Positions 11,617-24,204 are shown, numbered from the whole stretch's first letter. The stretch: DNA of 58,900 nt, filler included, from Bipalium vagum (GCA_037834085.1; 3 parts of 3 records of this genome joined end to end with filler, not necessarily neighbours in it), one strand, 5' to 3'. Translations and numbers: made by a program. Notes: generated by a model from the letters alone, not told the origin.

Positions 11617-11978
11617 CAGTTGAGTCTTGATATAACGAACCTGTGTGAAACAAATGGTTGGCCGCACATCATATATATACAAATTAAACTATGATACAGC
11701 AAATTTTGATATAACGAAAATTTATGAAACATTTAAATTTACATAATATGTATACTTCGATTTAACGAAACTTTGATATAACGAAGTAATTTGATCGGTC
11801 CCTTGAAATTCGTTATATCGAGACTGAACTATAAATGGAATTTGATACGCTAAATACATTATATATGTATGACGTCATATACATGTTACATAATGTGTAT
11901 ACTTCTATTTAACGAAACTTTGATATAACGAAGTAATTTGATTGGTCCCTTGAAATTCGTTATATCGAGACTGAACTG
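11617..11978. mobile_element. pogo/Tigger-type MITE with duplicated right end
   Basis: TA flanks (11615-16, 11979-80); 23-bp TIR CAGTTGAGTCTTGATATAACGAA / TTCGTTATATCGAGACTGAACTG (2 mismatches); ~91-bp right end present twice (11741-11831, 11888-11978). Confidence 0.85.
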
Positions 11979-12419
11979 TATATATTGACTGAAATAAAAT
12001 CGATGACAAAAGAAATTATCCCTGCTAATTCTTATCCTTAAATTTTAGATTCCGAGTCTATTTCTCCGAAAACAACCAGAGAGACTTTTTCGAAGGTCTT
12101 AGGAACTCAGCTGCCATCATCACAATCTCATTTAGAGAACCAGGTTGGGGTTGTGGTCTTTGAAAACAAGGTCTCGCTTAGTAACGACATAGAATCCGAT
12201 TACGAGGATTCAAATCTGATCATCTATCTACTGTAGTCGTCCGTTAAAATATTATAGGCCACATCCCCAATTGGCTTTTTTACTAATATATTTTATTATG
12301 AAAACTTTTTCACAATCAATACTTGTTTTCATGAAAATTTTAATTGAATCAATATTATTAAAAATTAGTTTCAAATTAAAATTTTTTAAAATAAATTACT
12401 TATTCAATGTTTCAGGATA

Positions 12420-12630
12420 CAGGGTGTTTCATAAATAACTGACTATTTTATTTTTTAAATATCTTTTTATAAAAATGAAAACTAAGACAGATTTTTTCTA
12501 TAAAAATTTATTTAGATATTTAAAAATTTATGATATGATGAATATATAAACAAATTATTGATTACAAGAATTAAAAATTTAATAATAAATCATTCATTTA
12601 AAAAATGTCAATTACTTATGAAACACAGTG
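12420..12630. mobile_element. Tc1/mariner-type MITE (211 bp)
   Basis: TA flanks; TIR CAGGGTGTTTCATAAATAACTGAC / GTCAATTACTTATGAAACACAGTG. Confidence 0.8.
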
Positions 12631-13970
12631 TATTATAAAAATATCTTATTTCATCTATTTTGCTTTTATAAAAATGAAAAATTTTTTATAAAAATTAATT
12701 TAAACAAAAATACCTATTATCAAAGTTTAAAAACTAAAGTATGTGAAGGACCAAACATGATGTTTATCCTTGTAGAAATGTTAGAAATTGCAGATTTTTA
12801 AGGTTTACGAGGGGTTATGATTTTTTTTTGATAATTTAAATACCAAATTTGATTTTGGATTTATAACCAGTCAATTAATCTATATTTTTGAAAATTAACA
12901 GTAATTTTCTTTGAAATAACTTCAGTTTTAACTTTCGTAAACTATAACTTTTCTATAACTATAAACTTTTCCAAAATAAATTTTTCCTAGTTCAGTTTTT
13001 AAAAATTGTTTTCATCATCTAAATGTGACTGAATTTTATATAACAAAATTTAACAAATACAAAAACGATTATTCCGGAACACTAATAGTAACCAACGACA
13101 TGAATTAATAACTTAACATTTCTCGAAACTTATCCAAGAACCTTGAACGTTCAAAAAAACCTTAGGTTGATAAGAATCTAGCCTTGTCATTTGAAAAATC
13201 CTGAACTACTGTCGGCTCTATCTCTTTATTTTACTGATTTACGATGCATTGGAGAAGATTCTGAACAGTTTCTTTGAAAACAAAGATCGATTGTTCTGAA
13301 GAAACAGAACTGGGGTACAACACAAAAAACTTATTTCATATTATATATTTTCTTGGAACCTGGTTTTCTTTTCTACAAAATAAAATAATATCATTTTGCG
13401 TTTTTCTTTGTTACTACTATTTATGAATTGATAAAAAATTAAAGTAAAAAAGAAATGAGTATTGTGAGAGATTTAAGATTATCCTCTGTTCATAAAACTT
13501 CGTAAAGCGTGCAGTATATCCGGTGAATTATTATTCAGAATAATTCGAATTACTGAAATAAAAGTATTAGATTTATATTGACAAATTTTTATTAAAATCA
13601 ATTAATGATATTTTCATTCTATTTCAATTATTAATTTAATTATTATAAATGAATTAAAGCAAGATAAATCTTTTGTGATTTCGAAACAAAAAATATAACG
13701 GCTCTCACGCAGTTTACACCAATTATGCAATAATGCATTGTTTCATAAATGAATATGGTAAACATTATAACTCGGCAATAGAATAGATCATACAATTGTC
13801 GATAGGAAATACTAATGTAAATAAGTCATTTTTTACCAGGAATAAATCATGGAAATGAAAAACGTGTCCTCCATTCTAATCACATATCGAAACCATGTTT
13901 CAAAAAAATTGAAACAGGCTCAAAAAGATACGAAACACTATAGTTAGGTTAAAATCTTAACTGTTTGAAA

Positions 13971-14793
13971 TTAGGTCCCGTCAAAAGATTGTTCCTTATT
14001 AAGAAAAACATCACTACATAATGAGTAAGATCTAGGCTGCATAAGTGCCAAAATAACAATAGTAAACCAGAAGAAAATTACTTTCGGTATCCTTTCTTGG
14101 ACAGTCCTATTCCATTCTTCTCGAAAACTGTCGGGTAGTTGTTTAAGAATGACTTCTACGCAATTTTCGACAATTATGTTGCGTGAGGTGTTCTCAATAT
14201 CGTGCTGGCACAGTGGACAACTGCCTCCACCATATCTTGTTCTAAGGGCCCACTGTTCTAAACAGTGTTGACAAAACGTATGCCCACAGTTAGTGATTAA
14301 CGGGTTGATGAAAAATTCACAACAGATTTGACACCGCAAAACGTCCTTCAATGAACTGTTTTCCGAACATTTTCCAGTAATATTTAACAACAAATGGTTC
14401 ATCATGTTTTGACTTTCTTTAAGTTTCACATAGTTCTCATGATCTGTGAATATAAGCTGATATTTTCCGCAATCTCCCAGAGAAATTATGTCGTTTGTGT
14501 TTATTACTACACTGTCGTCAACCGCCAATGGGATTTTGTTTAATCTGGTAAGATTTGTTTTCTGAAATTAGTTTAAGATACATAAGATTTTAACTATAAA
14601 ATCTAACACTACGATTTACAATTTCCCAATGATCGATCAGATTTTTAAGGACAAATTGTTCGTGAGATAAAATGATGAGACCGATATTTATATCATTCTT
14701 TTTACCACGACCTACTGAAACCTCGTTTTTATCAAGTTTATACCTCATTCTACAAAACGAAAATTCATTCTTCCCAAATCCTAATAAATACAT
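13971..14793 (-). CDS. RNF8: FHA + RING E3 ubiquitin ligase, RNF8-like (exons 14793-14608 and 14561-14082 or -13971)
   Basis: FHA-like VSVGRG..ND..LS..F..W.IVNRS|KTNLTRLN..NDIISLG joined across a 46-nt GT-AG intron (14607-14562, phase 0); C3HC4 RING CQICCEFF..NCGHTFCQHCLEQW..CPLC followed by an RNF8-type helix. 3' end uncertain (possible donor at 14081). Confidence 0.8.
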
Positions 14794-15528
14794 TCTAAAA
14801 AATGAAAATATTTGAAATACAAAATTTTAATATTTAAATTTAATAAGTTCAATATAAAATAGTAGAGAACATTTGAAATATATAAAAAGTAAAACAAATT
14901 TTTTTCACTTTGAAATTTGCATAATAATTCTCGTTTTTTTTTAATTAGGAAATTTTTGTAATTTTCAATTCTTTCAATAAATTTTGATAAAATGTTTTAT
15001 TAAATCTTTAAAATTTGGATTTTATATTGTTTTAAAAACAAAATTTGTTATCAAAGATGACATTCTTAACATACTGAAAATAGTAATGCATTTGTATATT
15101 AAAATTTATCAGAATAACAAATATCATTTAATACAATACATTTTATTCTAATATTAGGTTATTTTATGAAAAACTAGTCTTGAATTTAATAACTTTGATA
15201 ATGTAATTATAAAACTATCTACACTTATAAAGTATTCTAAAATATTTTGTAAGTCAAAATCCTAAGTATTGGATTTTTTAACTGGCAAAATGAATAAAAT
15301 AGCATTTTACTAACCAAGTCGGCTTTAAAGTGTATAATATTTGTTCATTTTCAGAATAATATATATTTATAATATATTATTAGGTTATGAAACAACACTC
15401 AAAATCTTAAATTGAATTTAACCAAAAATAACAAGTTATATATTAACTGTTGAATTAAAATTTTTTAAATACTATTAATATTTGAAGTAATGAAGACAGA
15501 TTCAATCCAGTTTTATATTTGAAAAGAA

Positions 15529-16049
15529 TTAACGTTTTCCACCAACTCTTGGAGCTTTAGCTTGAGGATTTTTGTTAACTGTCTTTGGAGCTTTAGTTGC
15601 AACCTTTTTAAGTTCAGCAATCTTTCGGCTCTTCTTTTCGATTTCCTTTTTCTTATTTATTTCTTTTGCAGCTCTGATAATTGTTATGATTTAAGTATTA
15701 AATTATTTTTATTGTACCTGACTGCTTCTTCTCTCATAGCTTGACGAAATTCAGGCTTTTGGTTTCTCTTGAGCAAGATGTCATCTTTTGTGACTCCGGC
15801 AACAGCTCTTATGGGCTTAACATAACGTTTAGAACGTTTCTTGGTCTTCTCATCTTCTTGGTTACCTTTTCTATTTTTACGTCTATATAAAACAGTCCAA
15901 GATACTTCCCGAGGATTTCTTTTCATACCAAAAGACCTTTCGGATTTCTTATTAATGAAAAAGTGTATTTTACCATCAAGTCTAGCAATTTTTTTACCAT
16001 GACCTGGGCTTGCCTTAAATCCACTAAAATTACAAACCTCGTATTTCAT
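15529..16049 (-). CDS. RPL24: 60S ribosomal protein L24 (eL24), 2 exons 16049-15718 and 15673-15529, 158 aa
   Basis: MKYEVCNFSGFK..PGHG..RLDGK..KRNPREVSWTVLYRRK..KG; 44-nt GT-AG intron; canonical C-terminus KAPRVGGKR*. Confidence 0.97.
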
Positions 16050-16672
16050 TATGATTTAAAATTTCGTAATTTGACTTTTTGCAACAATTAAAACAACTTA
16101 TGGCTTTAAAATATTAGTATTTAAATCATTTATAATTTCTTATTTTTAAATTTCCGAAATTTCAGAATGTCAAAAAATATTAATTAGTTTATTAATTACT
16201 AATTTAATTTGACTTTAACTTGATTTAATTATTAGGCGTTTTTCTATTTATTTAAATAATAAGATTTGAAGGGGTTCAATCAATATACACATAGTAAAAT
16301 GAATTTTTTAAAAAACCAATTTGTTAGTTTTTAACATTTTATTTTTTGACAAAATTAAATGTTTCACTTCATTATATATTAATTGATTGATTAGTCTTAA
16401 TATTTAAGTTATAAATATTTACTATTTTTACTAATTATGATAAAATTATAATTATTATTTCAAAATAAGATTTCTACTGATAATCTACTATTGATTTCAT
16501 AATTATATAAATATGTATATAAAGGTGATAAGTTATTTACTTACATCAGGACAAAAATTTTCAAACGTCAACATATATTTTATTTATCTTTCAATATTTT
16601 GTCAGTCTAAGTTTTTACTGTCATCCGCACATTTAGGTGGTCCCATTAAAAGAATTGATTATTGTCACCACT

Positions 16673-16882
16673 TCAATCCAGTGGATTTATCAAAATATAA
16701 GCATTTTTTATTTCTTTTGATTTGTACTGGTTGAATTCCTCAGGCATTGATTCAGTTTGGAATGGGTTTTCGGCAAAGATTGCTTCTACAGCTATTATTG
16801 TATCGCTGTTCAGGACTTCGAAACACAGACTATTCTGACGTCCTTTTAGGTTAAAGGCCTTAATTGATTTTTCTTGTCCTAC
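16673..16882 (-). pseudogene. Diverged homolog of the retroelement orphan ORF (fragment, cut by assembly gap)
   Basis: VGQEKSIKAFNLKGRQNSLCFEVLNSDTIIAVEAIFAENPF aligns without gaps to IDKEESLQVFNLKGRTKQIGIEIKIPGCVFVIEAKQCESPL of ORF 6607-7164 (13/41 identities by hand). Confidence 0.7.
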
Positions 16883-16927
16883 TNNNNNNNNNNNNNNNNN
16901 NNNNNNNNNNNNNNNNNNNNNNNNNNN

Positions 16928-16939
16928 TTAATTAATTAA
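16928..16939. other. Artificial scaffold linker TTAATTAATTAA inside N gap (also 35803-35814)
   Basis: N44-TTAATTAATTAA-N44 makes a 100-nt spacer; the same linker occurs at a second gap; it encodes stops in all six frames. Confidence 0.9.
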
Positions 16940-16983
16940 NNNNNNNNNNNNNNNNNNNNNNNNNNNNNNNNNNNNNNNNNNNN

Positions 16984-17052
16984 TTAATAATTTTAATAAT
17001 TTTAATAATTTTAATAATTTTAATAATTTTAATAATTTTAATAATTTTAATA
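16984..17052. repeat. 9-bp tandem repeat (TAATAATTT)n at gap edge
   Basis: About 7 consecutive units visible. Confidence 0.85.
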
Positions 17053-17689
17053 AATCTTTAATGCATTTAGCATCATTACTTATAGAAAAACAGAATAAAT
17101 AAAAAAATGTGAAAATTAATCAATTAAAACCTTTTAAGAAAATTTCTCAGAAAATCATTAAAGAAAATCATAAGTGGGTTGAAAATTAAATTATTAATAG
17201 CAAATATAAATATAAAATATTTGCAAAATTTAATGAAAAGAATGTAACCTGATAAACTAAAAATATTACTCGAGCTATAGATCAAAATATATAAGTAAAA
17301 GAGAATCGTCACGAATGGAATATCCCGAACAAATTCCACTTGAGATCGGTGTATTAATACAATTATTTTTGTTTTTATTGCTCTTGAGCGTTCCTTCTTT
17401 ACCTCTCATCGAAAAGACAGGTTTTATTTTATGCAGTAACTATTGCAGATCAAATTAGCTGGAATGAAAATTCCCTTTTATGAAACGCGTGGGTCATATC
17501 ACAGATCCATATAATATTTCTTGTTTGTATTTCTTCAATTTGATTTATCGTTACGTTTTATTTATTCCATTATTTCTCTTTTTTTCAAAAAGTTTTAATA
17601 TTTAATTAGTTGTGTCTAAGGTTATTTTCCATATCTTGACTTGTGAATTAACCCTACAGATTATTACCATGGTGATTTCTTTGATTTTG

Positions 17690-17775
17690 TGTTTTGTTTT
17701 TACTGGGTCTCCATTCAATTTTACAGCTTCTACACCAATCTTTGACTGTCCAAGTTATGGCCAAAGGTAGTTAAT
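17690..17775 (-). mobile_element. Gypsy integrase zinc-finger remnant
   Basis: NYLWP*L..VKDWCRSCKI resembles YYWPTLCEDIKKWCRTC of the element at 4184-4411. Confidence 0.4.
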
Positions 17776-19329
17776 TTTTCAAAGTCGATCAACAAATGTT
17801 TTTAATATTTTTCAAAATTTAAAATCGACTGTTAACTTCCAAGAAACTAAGATCAACTTTGATTTAGGTTTCCAAATCGATCAACAATTTTTAATCAGAT
17901 ATTTAACAAGTCCAATATTTAATCAAAAAAAATATAAACCCTTTTAGTTAATATTTACTCTTATACCCTTAAATAAATTACCTTAATGACGACTTACCCG
18001 ACTGTTCACTGTAACTGTTTATTGAAATGATCGTTTTCTCAATAACCGCTTTTAATATAATCTTTTCATCAATTAATGTTTTGCACTATTTTCATTCTTC
18101 TTTCTTTTCCCTCTCTTCCCTAGCGTGATTTGATTATATAAATTCACCTATGAGTCAATCAGGCCACCATATCTCAGAACTGAAAGCTGATTTGTTCTTC
18201 CTCTGTTTTTAGGCAGTAATAAATTTACCCTAAATTACACACCGATCAAAGCAAACTAAGAAGAGTAATTATCTAATGAAGCTATTGCTGCAAAATTAAA
18301 ATAATTGACATTATATNNNNNNNNNNNNNNNNNNNNNNNNNNNNNNNNNNNNNNNNNNNNNNNNNNNNNNNNNNNNNNNNNNNNNNNNNNNNNNNNNNNN
18401 NNNNNNNNNNNNNNNNNNNNNNNNNNNNNNNNNNNNNNNNNNNNNNNNNNNNNNNNNNNNNNNNNNNNNNNNATATTAATAAATCTTATTTGATTCATTA
18501 TTAATTTTATTTTAATTTTCTTTTTGCATAGGGAAAACCTCAAAAATTATTATTATTATTAATTTTATCAAATTAGTAGAAAATTTTAAAAATATTATTA
18601 TATTATTTAATTATAACACAGTTTTAAATAAAATTAAAATGCATAATGTATAAAAATCAGAAAAGATTATAATTGTGTGGATTAATTATATTTAATAAGA
18701 ATCCTTAATGAAAAATATTGAAAAAATGAATTTCATATTTTTGCATTGTCAGACATTATTTCCGTAAAGATTACAGAAAATTTTTAATTAATGAAATAAT
18801 CCTTTTAATCACTTTTCACATTTTACTTTTGTCATTTAGCAGTGAAATATTTTTTTATGATTTTTAATTTTTTGATGATTTTTCTACAAAATTATCCAGT
18901 ATACAACTTAGCATTATTATTATTGTTTTTTTCTGTATGTAATTATAAGTGTTAATTATACTGTTCCACCAAAAAAATCAGTTCAGAAGAAACAATATTG
19001 AAGATGTTCTCTATTTATAATCATTAAATATCAATTTTAATTTCTATTAATAATTTTAAATAAATAAATATATAAATAAAAAATAATTTCATTCGACTTT
19101 AAATATTATTTATCTCAGCGTATCTCTTAAAAATTATTTTCTCGTGTATGTGTGTATTATTATGATTATTAATATAATTATAACTATTATTATTTTTATA
19201 ATTAACATTTTATTCATCGCACCTATCCTAATCCATAAAGAAAATCACCCACTAACACCAATACTTTCAAAAATAAATTGTACCAAATACAAAGCTACAA
19301 AAGTTTAATTCTTGTTAAATAAGTCCTTT

Positions 19330-20280
19330 AAAGAACAACAAATCTGAAGTGAAAAAAACATTTGAATTTTAAAACTTCATAAATACTTATGGGGAAAATC
19401 AAATAATGAAATGCTGATATATGAAATCGCTTCCAATGAGCTTCCTTCAATATTTTGCAACGATTGAAAGTACATTTGATATATAAAATCTTGTATCAAA
19501 AGATGTTTTTGCAGGTAAGAATACAGGTTTCGTCGGATCCTATTATGTCATTCCAACCCATATCATGTCTTTAAAAAGATATTTTCTCTTGGGAAAAAGT
19601 CCACCTTTTAAATTTGCATCTTTTCTAGACACAGCTTAAACGACATCTTTGCATGGATTAAACTGACAATCTGCATCAAAAGAATTTTCATCACTAAACA
19701 TAATTTTGTTCACTGCCTGTTTACTTCATCTTTTTCTTAACCAACATGAGCTTGTCTTTTGTCTATTGATTTGGGACTCAGATAGATAGGGAACTTTTAT
19801 TTTCCTGTAGCACCTAAATCCCAACTCATTATGCATAATATTTCCAATAGTTCCTCTTGAACATTTGAAATCTAATGCTGACTTTCTAGCTGGTCTCTTT
19901 TTTTTGTTTGAGATTTTTTTTTATAAATGTTTTCGCTCTTACGGTTCTTAGACGTCCAGGGGAATTTCGAGAAAGTAATGATTTTCCCTCTTTTATTAGT
20001 TTAGTCTATCTATAAATAGACTTTGGTACCGTTTTTGCTACAGCTTCATAAATTCCTTCCGTTGTTTTCCCATTTTCATAATGGGTTTTTATCATATTTC
20101 TTACACAGCTCTCATTCGTCATTATCTAAAAGAAAAGATTGCTAAAAATAACGTATGTTTATTTTGCAAGATAGGAAAAACCTTGGCATAAATTAAATCA
20201 ATTAATAATTCAAATTCAAATTTTTTTAGTTTAAAAATAATGTATTTAAACAATTTATCATTCTTTATTGGCCACCTGTT
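19330..20280 (-). mobile_element. Degenerate IS630-Tc1-mariner superfamily transposon
   Basis: ATG 20122 MTNESCVRNMIKTHYENGKTTEGIY..SPGRLRTVR..ARKSALDFKCSRGTIGNIMHNELG..IMFSDENSF..AVSRKDANLKGG; TIR-like ACAGGTGGCC end near 20280. Confidence 0.7.
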
Positions 20281-20404
20281 TGCACGGATTTTGAAATGAA
20301 AAGGGAATAAATTAAAATCATCGATTACATAGCTGTATGACAGTTACTAAAGTTTTTTGCCAAAATGTGACTTTTACTTTTGATAACGAATGATATAAAA
20401 AAGA

Positions 20405-20730
20405 CGAAGTAACTATGGGGTTGTGACCAGGGTCATCCTGATCATCAATTTTCATGAATTATTTAAAAATGAAAATCAAAAAATATCAGGGAAGTAACTC
20501 ATTGCCCTATGAAAGATACGTCGAGAATGTATTCTTAATATTCGAGTGTCCTTTTGGATGTATTTTTTCTTACATTCATGAATAGCTTACATGAGGATAT
20601 AAAATTCTTAATTAAGACAGAAAAAGATGAAAAACTGACATTTCCAGATATTATTATCAAAGAAGAGGAAGAAAATAAAAATTAAAGACCAGTATACATA
20701 GAAAAGAGACGAATACAGAACAATATACTT
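20405..20730 (+). mobile_element. Penelope-like element RT fragment
   Basis: YERYVENVF (RYVDD-like)..FMNSLHEDIKF..EKLTFPDIII..TSIHRKETNTEQY matches the PLE RT pattern LNSxHxxIKFT..LPFLD..TxVYRKPT. Confidence 0.65.
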
Positions 20731-21649
20731 CAAAAAAAGATTCTGTGAAATAATTTTAAAATGTCCTAAACATAATCTGATACAAAATTAATTTTATATT
20801 GAAAATCTTTTGTGAAAAAAATGGATAACATTTACTGTTGATATAGTTGAAATTAAGTTTCAAGGACATCTAACAATACTTCAGACAAGTGCAGTTGAAA
20901 AGATCCAACTGACTGGATTGAGTATTTAAACAATTATGCGTAAAAGAAAAAAGAAAACGTAAATAGATTTAAAAATTAAGTTTCAAAAACTCTTTTTCAA
21001 ATTTAAACAAAGATAAAAAGAATTCATTGTGATTTCTTTTTTTATTTAACAATGTTATCAATTTTCAAGGTGATACTGAGAGCAACTACCCACATTGTGG
21101 CATATAATATCACAGAGAATGAGAGCTTTACTCCTTTTATCATCGATCCTGCAATAATCAATTTTTAATTATATTCAATTATATCAATAATTGCAGGAAA
21201 ATAATTTATTAATTTAATATCTGAATATTTTTTTGGGATGTGATTGTAACTTTTAACTAATCTGTATACACTTTAAATAATTTACTTTGAAGATTCACTA
21301 TTATGATAAATGCATTAGGAATGTTCAATAAAATTCACAATTATAACTATTATCATAAGAAAAGATAATTATTTTAATTAAAAAAGATCAAAGAAAAAAA
21401 TCATTATTGAAAAAATAATATTTTTTTGTATACGATCTTATGAAAATATTTTGGATGTAAATAAACAAAACTTTTAAAATAAAAATAATAATAATAATAA
21501 ATCTTAACAAATATGGTTATTTTAAATTTCAGATTAATAATTTTCTTTAAACGTAACAAACCAAATTGAAAATTAAGCATTGATTCTCCTCTCCTTAAAA
21601 AATATAATACAAATTGAGCTATAATATAAATTTGTTGGAAAATAATAAA

Positions 21650-22862
21650 GTACGTGATTTATTACGAGAGCGGATCATTATTCGAGAATAATAGGGATTC
21701 TGAAATTTCATACTAACTCAGAAGATGCGAAACAAAAAAGAAGAAAAGCCAAAAACATCATTAAAAATTAAAGGAAATATTTTTTGTGTAAAAGAAAATT
21801 GAAGAAATAAAATTTTCACAATCTCCCAGAATATTAAATTTCGACAAAAGATGGAAAAGGAAAAAAAGAAAAAATTCAAAGCTTTATGAAAAAATTTTAT
21901 CCTCATTAAAAATATCACAGGGTTTGACAGTTAATTTTTAATTATGTGATATCAATTTTAAACTTGGACAAGCAATTTTTGATATCAGTCATTAATTTTT
22001 TAAATTTTATTTTAAAATATATTACTGATTAATTCATTGCAATTAGAAACAAACAATGCAATGTATTTGTATCCACATTACGATTTCACCTTTGTTCAGC
22101 AATTTTTGAAGGAATTATTGAACGATTTTTTTCCAGTTTCGTTTGGAGCTGTCATGTGAATAATGTATCAGCTATATTAATTGAATCGAGACAAAAAAGT
22201 GTATTGTCATAAAAATATCTTTGCTTTAAAAAATCAATAAATCGAAATGAATGTGAGTGAAGTAATACAATAAAAAATTGTGGCTCTATTTGAAAAAAAG
22301 ATTATATAAAAGGAAAAATGCAGATATGGTTGTGTGTCACAGGCCAGCGTGACTCGTAAATACGCTTGTACTTGATATTCTTCGTATTGTGAAATGTCTA
22401 ATTTTAAAAATTGCTTGACAAAATTAAAAATTAACCTGTCAAACGCTGTATTACTTGAAATGAGAAATGAATTATTATGTTTAAAAGAAACAAACAAATT
22501 TCAAAATTGAACTTTGTTTCTCCTTTCCAAAAATCTGAGACACATTTTAAATTACAATATAAATTCTCATAAGAGTAATAATAAAACCCGTGCTATTATT
22601 GCAAGATCAGATCATTATTCGATAATAATAGATATATTCTAAAATTCCACCCTAATTCTAACGATACGAAACGAAAAAGAAGAAAAACCAGGGGGAAAAA
22701 ATCATTAACGAATGAAAAGAAAATATTTTTTTTGTTGTATAAAAGGAAATTAAAAAAAATTAATAATTTCCCAGAATATTGAATTTCGGCAAAAGATGTG
22801 AAAGGGAAAATGGGAAAAAATCGTCAAAGCTGGAACTTCAAAAAAGAATTTTATCCCCCATT
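21650..22862 (+). repeat. Pair of diverged ~260-bp direct repeats (21650-21908 and 22586-22862)
   Basis: Shared collinear blocks gatcattattcga.aataatag, cgaaac.aaaaagaagaaaa.cc, cccagaatatt.aatttcg.caaaagatg, tcaaagct, ttttatcc. Confidence 0.75.
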
Positions 22863-23344
22863 GTTGCAGCAGTGGAGCTGGGGGTTTGGGAATTTTTCGA
22901 CCATTCAGAAAGAGTTTGACAACCTCAGAACGAAAGGCAATAAATAACGAATACAATTTATTGGTTACCTACAAAAACTGCATTTCATAATAACTCAGCT
23001 GGAGCAGCGTTGGTTTGTTTCTAGTTTTGTTTCGTCGTTTCTTTGCTGCTCAGAATTTTGTTTCGTAGGATTTCTCCAATAACAAGCAAGAAATATTGCC
23101 ATTCTTCATATTTAACATACAATTTGATTTATTTCCCTTTAACACAACTGATTAAGCCTGTTTCTATATTGTAATTATGATTCTGTCTGTATGTTTGCCA
23201 TAATGTTTACAACATTTGATTATGGCTCATTTGTAATTTAATTATCTTATTATATCAATTATACACATATATATATATACATATAAATATATATGTATAT
23301 GAATAGAGAATTTTATTGTCTAAACAATAATTTGTTTCCCAACT

Positions 23345-23710
23345 AAAATCCACAGTGTGGACCAAATGGTCTTAATGGTTTTATGGGTTTCAAGAATCGA
23401 AACCGTCTTCATTTTCCTCATTAATTGTCTTGTTGCTCTGATTGTGAGACCGTTAGGATTTGCTGTCGTTTTTCCCATTGTTTGGAATTATTTTCATGTT
23501 GGATATAAATGGAAACTGATTTCTATGGTTTACATAATCGTGTCCCATCAATTTGTATTTGCTCAATGGCTGTGGAGTTTTCGTTATGAAGTCATGAAAG
23601 AACATTTAGGCAAAGCAGGTATACCACCTTTCCTTAACAGTAATAATATTTTTCGTTCATGCCAGTTGAAAGCTGTTGAGACATTTAGTTCGTTACGAAT
23701 ATATCTTATT
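23345..23710 (-). mobile_element. Highly degenerate Tc1-like transposase fragment
   Basis: Minus-strand WDTIM*TIEISFHLY resembles the Tc1 W..VIFSDESxFxL motif, preceded by HTH-like pieces; weak. Confidence 0.3.
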
Positions 23711-24119
23711 TGAAAAATTATTATTTTATTTTCATTAATATTAAAAATAGTAAATTTTTCGTTAAAAAGACAAAAATAGAAACTGAAAATTTTTCTTATA
23801 ATTAATGGTAATTGTTTTAATTTTTTAAAAGTAAAAAAAGTTATATTATTTAATTATTTTATTTTATCACAAATCATAGAAGTTATTTAGAAAAAAATAA
23901 TATCAGAATTTTTTTAAAAATTATCATTGACATTTTTAGTATTGTTAATTACCGTTGTTATTAAATTATGAAAATATATATAGAGAAAAAATCAATTTTT
24001 ATATATCATTATTATCATGTAATATTTAACAGGATTTACATAACAATTACTGTTAATGTATTTTGATTTAATTATCATAATTACAAATGTATTAAAAAAA
24101 CAAGTATTTTAAAAAGAAG

Positions 24120-24160
24120 TAATTATTAATATTATTAATTCTTATTATTATAATTATAAT

Positions 24161-24204
<44 letters not shown>

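Noticed and set aside
13020-13960. Additional exons downstream of the RNF8-like gene (e.g. IRIILNNNSPDILHALRSFMNRG* near 13480-13553)
   Set aside because: Could not build a consistent in-phase splice chain.
15562-15744. Plus-strand 60-aa ORF and the RPL24 ORF-track tail YNKNNLILKS
   Set aside because: Antisense shadow and intron read-through; the spliced RPL24 model gives the canonical C-terminus.
16884-16983. Perfect palindrome TTAATTAATTAA at two gaps (also 35803-35814)
   Set aside because: Centred in fixed-length N runs; it is an assembly linker, not biology.
18256-18543. ORFs containing X runs (also 36309-36595)
   Set aside because: Open only because they cross N gaps.
23357-23713. 118-aa hydrophobic plus ORF suggesting a membrane protein (similarly 9331-9522, 17124-17339, 21718-21918, 47243-47829)
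   Set aside because: Phe/Ile/Leu richness is expected from T-rich strands, and several are antisense to TE relics.
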